Part shown: positions 61,093 through 64,000 of the stretch, one piece after another
Numbering within the stretch: position 1 is the first letter of the stretch
Layout: every line of letters starts with the position of its first letter
Origin: Dehalococcoidia bacterium
GTDB lineage: Bacteria; Chloroflexota; Dehalococcoidia; Lucifugimonadales; UBA1127
DNA: 64,000 nucleotides
Direction of reading: 5' to 3'
Assembly: GCA_965217675.1 (NCBI GenBank)
Contig: OZ244559.1
Coordinates: 2,243,216-2,307,215 of the forward strand
Notes under the pieces: model-generated
The model's database searches: none
Seen by the model: the letters and a program-made list of their open reading frames with translations, nothing else
Told to the model about the DNA's origin: nothing
Translations under genes and position numbers: made by a program

Positions 61093-62892
61093 CTATCTGC
61101 TGTAGCCCGACCCACTCTCCGAGTAGCTGGGCAGCCCGCCGTTCAGGCGCTCCAACAGGAAGACGAAGTCCCGGTAAGCGTCCAGGTTGCCAAGCTGCTG
61201 GTCGAGGGGCAGCAGCCGGTGGTACAGGTCCGCAAGGTCTCGCTGGACGTAGCCGGCGCCGTTGCTGTCCACGTTGGGCAGGCTGGCGTAGCGGTCCGCC
61301 GCCAGCGCGACCAGCGCGCCGAAGTCGAGCAGCGCAGCGGCCTGGGCGTCGTTTGGCTGGCCCGCCCGGCTGGCCAGTGTCTCCGTCTGGCGGTTGGAAA
61401 GCCCGGTGCCGGGGGTGACCCAGCGGAGCTGCACGTCGCCGAGGTGCTCAGTAACCGTGGGGTTCACCTGCGCGCTGGGGCGGAGCCGCACCTCGTAGAA
61501 CACGGTGGTGGCTGTGCCCATCGGGATCTCCGCGAACTCCTTGCGGTCCTGGGTGAAGGACTCGTCGGAGGTGACGCGGTTCTCGTAGCCCACCAGCCGC
61601 CAGTTCTCGACGACCGCGGGGTTCCAGCGCACCTGGGCTCGCGTCTGGTCGGCGAAGGGGATCGAAAGCGGGAGCCAGCTGTCGCGACTGAAGGTGGCGC
61701 GCGCCTGATTGACGTCGCTCAGGTAGCGGTACCAGCCGTTGCCGTGCTGGGCCAGTTGCTCCAGCAGCTCGTCGTTGTAGTTCTCAATGCCCACGCCGAT
61801 GGTGATGAGGCGCAGGGGGTTCCGGCTGTTGCGGTCGTAGGCGGACTCCAGGATGGCGAAGGGGTCCGTGGCGTCGACGTTGGCCACGCCGTCCGACATG
61901 AGGATGACGTAGTTGTGGGCGTCGGGCCGGTCGCGGCGGGCGCGGTCCGCGAGCCGCACACCCAGGTCCAGGCCGGCCTGCACGTTTGTCGACCCGCGGG
62001 GGCGCAGGCGGTCTATCGAGCTGCGGACGTCACGGTCATCGGGACCGGTGTGTTCAACCGTGAGGTTGCGAACCACGTTATCGGTGAAGTGCACAACGGC
62101 GATGCGGTCGTCGCTCTGGAGGCTGCGCCGGATGGACTCCGCGGCCTGCTGAGCGATGTCGACGCGGTTGCCCGAGCCCATGGAGCCGGAGGCGTCGAGG
62201 ACGAGTGTCACGTTGAGGGGCGCGTTGTCCTGGAACTCAGGCGCCTGGAAGCCGATGCGCACCAGGTGCATTTCGCCATTGAGGGGGTGCGGGATGGCGT
62301 CCGTGGTGATGGCGAAGCTGTCCTCGTGTGCCGGGAGCTCATAGCCGTAGTTGAAGGCGTTGACCCACTCCTCGGCGCGGACGGAGTCGGGGTCCACCTG
62401 GTGGCCGGCCTGGGCCCAGTTCAGGGCGAGCTGGTAGGACGTGCGGTCCGTGTCGAGGCTGAAGGTCGACACGGCGTCGTTCACGGTGGCGACGAACCCG
62501 GACTGCCGGTAGTCCTGGAAGTTGGTCGCGGACGGGGGCGACGGCTGGTACAGCGGAGGGGCCCCGGCAATGGCGGCGGAACCCTGCGAGCCGGAGCCAC
62601 GCAAGAAGGCGTCGCCGCTTGCGGGTGCGCTGGATGGGGCCAGCGGCATTGAGGCCGCAGATGGCTGGCTGTTGGCGCTGCTTGCTGCCGGCATTGCTGT
62701 CGGCGCAGCCGCCGCTGGTGCGGGCTGTTGCGGCTCGCGGCTAGTCGTTGTCGTTGTGGACGACGAGGCGCTGTCTTCAGCGTAGAATCGCCCACCGTCG
62801 TCACCGCCGCAGGCCACTGCGCCGAGCAGGAGCGCGGAAGCGCAGGCCGCCATCGCGGCCAGCTGTATTTTCTTGGCAAATGACTTCTTCAT
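61093..62892 (-). CDS. von Willebrand factor type A (vWA) domain lipoprotein (YfbK/DUF3520-like)
   Basis: This is part of ORF 61093..63222, with the start at ATG 62892 (MKKSFAKKIQLAAMAACASALLLGAVAC). A Ser/Ala/Pro/Thr-rich linker follows. The MIDAS motif is VLDASGSM, and MSDGVAN is present. Confidence 0.85.
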   Translation of the reverse strand: MKKSFAKKIQLAAMAACASALLLGAVACGGDDGGRFYAEDSASSSTTTTTSREPQQPAPAAAAPTAMPAASSANSQPSAASMPLAPSSAPASGDAFLRGSGSQGSAAIAGAPPLYQPSPPSATNFQDYRQSGFVATVNDAVSTFSLDTDRTSYQLALNWAQAGHQVDPDSVRAEEWVNAFNYGYELPAHEDSFAITTDAIPHPLNGEMHLVRIGFQAPEFQDNAPLNVTLVLDASGSMGSGNRVDIAQQAAESIRRSLQSDDRIAVVHFTDNVVRNLTVEHTGPDDRDVRSSIDRLRPRGSTNVQAGLDLGVRLADRARRDRPDAHNYVILMSDGVANVDATDPFAILESAYDRNSRNPLRLITIGVGIENYNDELLEQLAQHGNGWYRYLSDVNQARATFSRDSWLPLSIPFADQTRAQVRWNPAVVENWRLVGYENRVTSDESFTQDRKEFAEIPMGTATTVFYEVRLRPSAQVNPTVTEHLGDVQLRWVTPGTGLSNRQTETLASRAGQPNDAQAAALLDFGALVALAADRYASLPNVDSNGAGYVQRDLADLYHRLLPLDQQLGNLDAYRDFVFLLERLNGGLPSYSESGSGYSR

Positions 62893-63395
62893 GGAACCCC
62901 ACCTCTCTCTTCGTTCTAGAGCGGGACCGACACCCCTGGTCCCCCGAGGCCTCCGCGGCGCTAGCAACCGCGTCACATGCTTATACGCTTCCTCGGGCGG
63001 AACGGTTCCCAGCGGATTGGGCTGCAGGGGGTGGCATGGAAGCTGGCGCAAATATGGCGAGATTGGGGGCGAAAGGCCGTGAATTTGATGGTTTTCCGGG
63101 GTGAAGAGGTGGTTGTGTCGGGACGACGTGAGTCCGAGGCGGGGTGTCGCGGATGTGGCCGGAGGGGGTTGTCTTGGCAATGGATTTTTAGCGGGCTTGC
63201 CGCTGATTGGGTATAAATCCAAAAAGTTTTTTCATGCCCCCCCGCTGTCGGGGCCGAATCCGCACGATCCTCGAGACCGAATGTGCGGGCGAGGAGCGCC
63301 GCGACGCGAGAGTGGAGGCGATGTGCTGGTCCATGGGGGAGGGTAGCAGGGGCGTCGGCGTTGGCGCGAGGGGTTGGTGTCAGGGTGGGGGTACC

Positions 63396-63520
63396 CCCTT
63401 CGACAGGCTCAGGGCGAACGGACTTGGGAAGCGCGCGTGCGGTGGGGAGTGGCGCGCGAGGGCGGGGGTGATGCGGCGGCTGCTGGTGGAAGGCCCTTCG
63501 ACAGGCTCAGGGCGAACGGA
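63396..63520 (+). repeat. Two family A repeats (63396-63421, 63495-63520) in the vWA / OCD intergenic region
   Basis: Both copies match CCCTTCGACAGGCTCAGGGCGAACGG exactly. A degenerate family D element follows at about 63533-63565. Confidence 0.85.
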
Positions 63521-63586
63521 CGCCACTGTCACTCTGGATTCCGTCCCTGCTCCCGCGGGCAAGACGTGCGGCGCGGCGCAAGCCCG

Positions 63587-64000
63587 CTACCAGCGGGGCA
63601 GGGACTCTCCGGTTAGGGCGAATGTGGAGCCGAGGCCTTGGGAGACGGCCCACTCGTAGCCCCAGGTGGCGACGAAGAGGTCGTGGACGTTGCCGCCGGT
63701 GAGGTCGTAGATGACGCGGTCGTCAGGCGACCGGCGCGGGTCGGCAACCCCGTCCATGATGGGGCCGAGCTCGGTGACGTCGTCGCGGGAGAAGAGGCCC
63801 TTCTCGATGAGGCCATCGTAGGGCGGGCGCGGCACGGGCTCGTGGACCAGGGCGTTCCAGTTCACCGTGGCGACGTGGCAGGCCAGCACAAACTCCTCCG
63901 TGAGCTGCTTGGCCGCCATGGAGATGACCAGAGCGCCCGGCTTGACCCACTCGAGGTCCACCAGCGGCTCATGGACGTCGAAGTGGCCGGGGGCGCAGAG
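63587..64000 (-). CDS. Ornithine cyclodeaminase / mu-crystallin family protein, C-terminal part (gene continues right of the window)
   Basis: ORF 63587..63961 stays open to the window edge (…GHFDVHEPLVDLEWVKPGALVISMAAKQ…DLTGGNVHDLFVA). The pattern fits OCD/mu-crystallin C-terminal regions. Confidence 0.7.
   Translation of the reverse strand, partial: LCAPGHFDVHEPLVDLEWVKPGALVISMAAKQLTEEFVLACHVATVNWNALVHEPVPRPPYDGLIEKGLFSRDDVTELGPIMDGVADPRRSPDDRVIYDLTGGNVHDLFVATWGYEWAVSQGLGSTFALTGESLPRW

Noticed and set aside
1-64000. tRNA, rRNA, transposase, integrase or cas genes
   Set aside because: I scanned for T-arm-like GGTTCGA(A/T)TCC motifs and for recognisable transposase, integrase or Cas protein signatures in all listed ORFs and found none. 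Absence by eye is not proof, so a tRNAscan/Infernal run is still advisable.

Overview
High-GC bacterial chromosomal segment. The gene content and the short intergenic repeat families suggest Chloroflexota, possibly Thermomicrobia-like, but that placement is inference only. Most of the window is housekeeping. It holds rsmH (partial), mogA, trmD, mutS, glpX and a class I fba, ogt, fmt, and dnaA with an AT-rich candidate oriC. It also holds a garL/garR-like pair, a panB-panC operon with an extra Rossmann reductase, rplU-rpmA-rpmE, an arginine operon, a histidine operon and leuCD. A NAD-type formate dehydrogenase operon has an alpha subunit that the ORF track splits at an in-frame UGA. I read that UGA as selenocysteine because a SECIS-like hairpin follows it. 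More accessory-looking stretches are 34.1-43.9 kb, 47.9-49.5 kb and 51.6-56.5 kb. The first holds a lower-GC Fic gene, a DUF6282-like protein, a two-domain SagB-like protein, an NCS2 permease with an extra C-terminal domain, and a LysR-controlled operon. The second holds a small phage-like ORF and a dense composite repeat array. The third holds small enzymes, an S51 peptidase cassette flanked by about 230-260 bp direct repeats that include a duplicated aldolase 3' end, and a small ORF with LexA-box-like operators. At least four short hairpin/palindrome repeat families litter the intergenic regions and create many spurious ORFs in the six-frame track. Two single-base frameshifted genes (hicB-like, P-loop kinase-like) are present. 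I found no tRNA, rRNA, CRISPR array or transposase. I could not identify a clear novel multi-gene system. The best leads are listed under findings with explicit tests.
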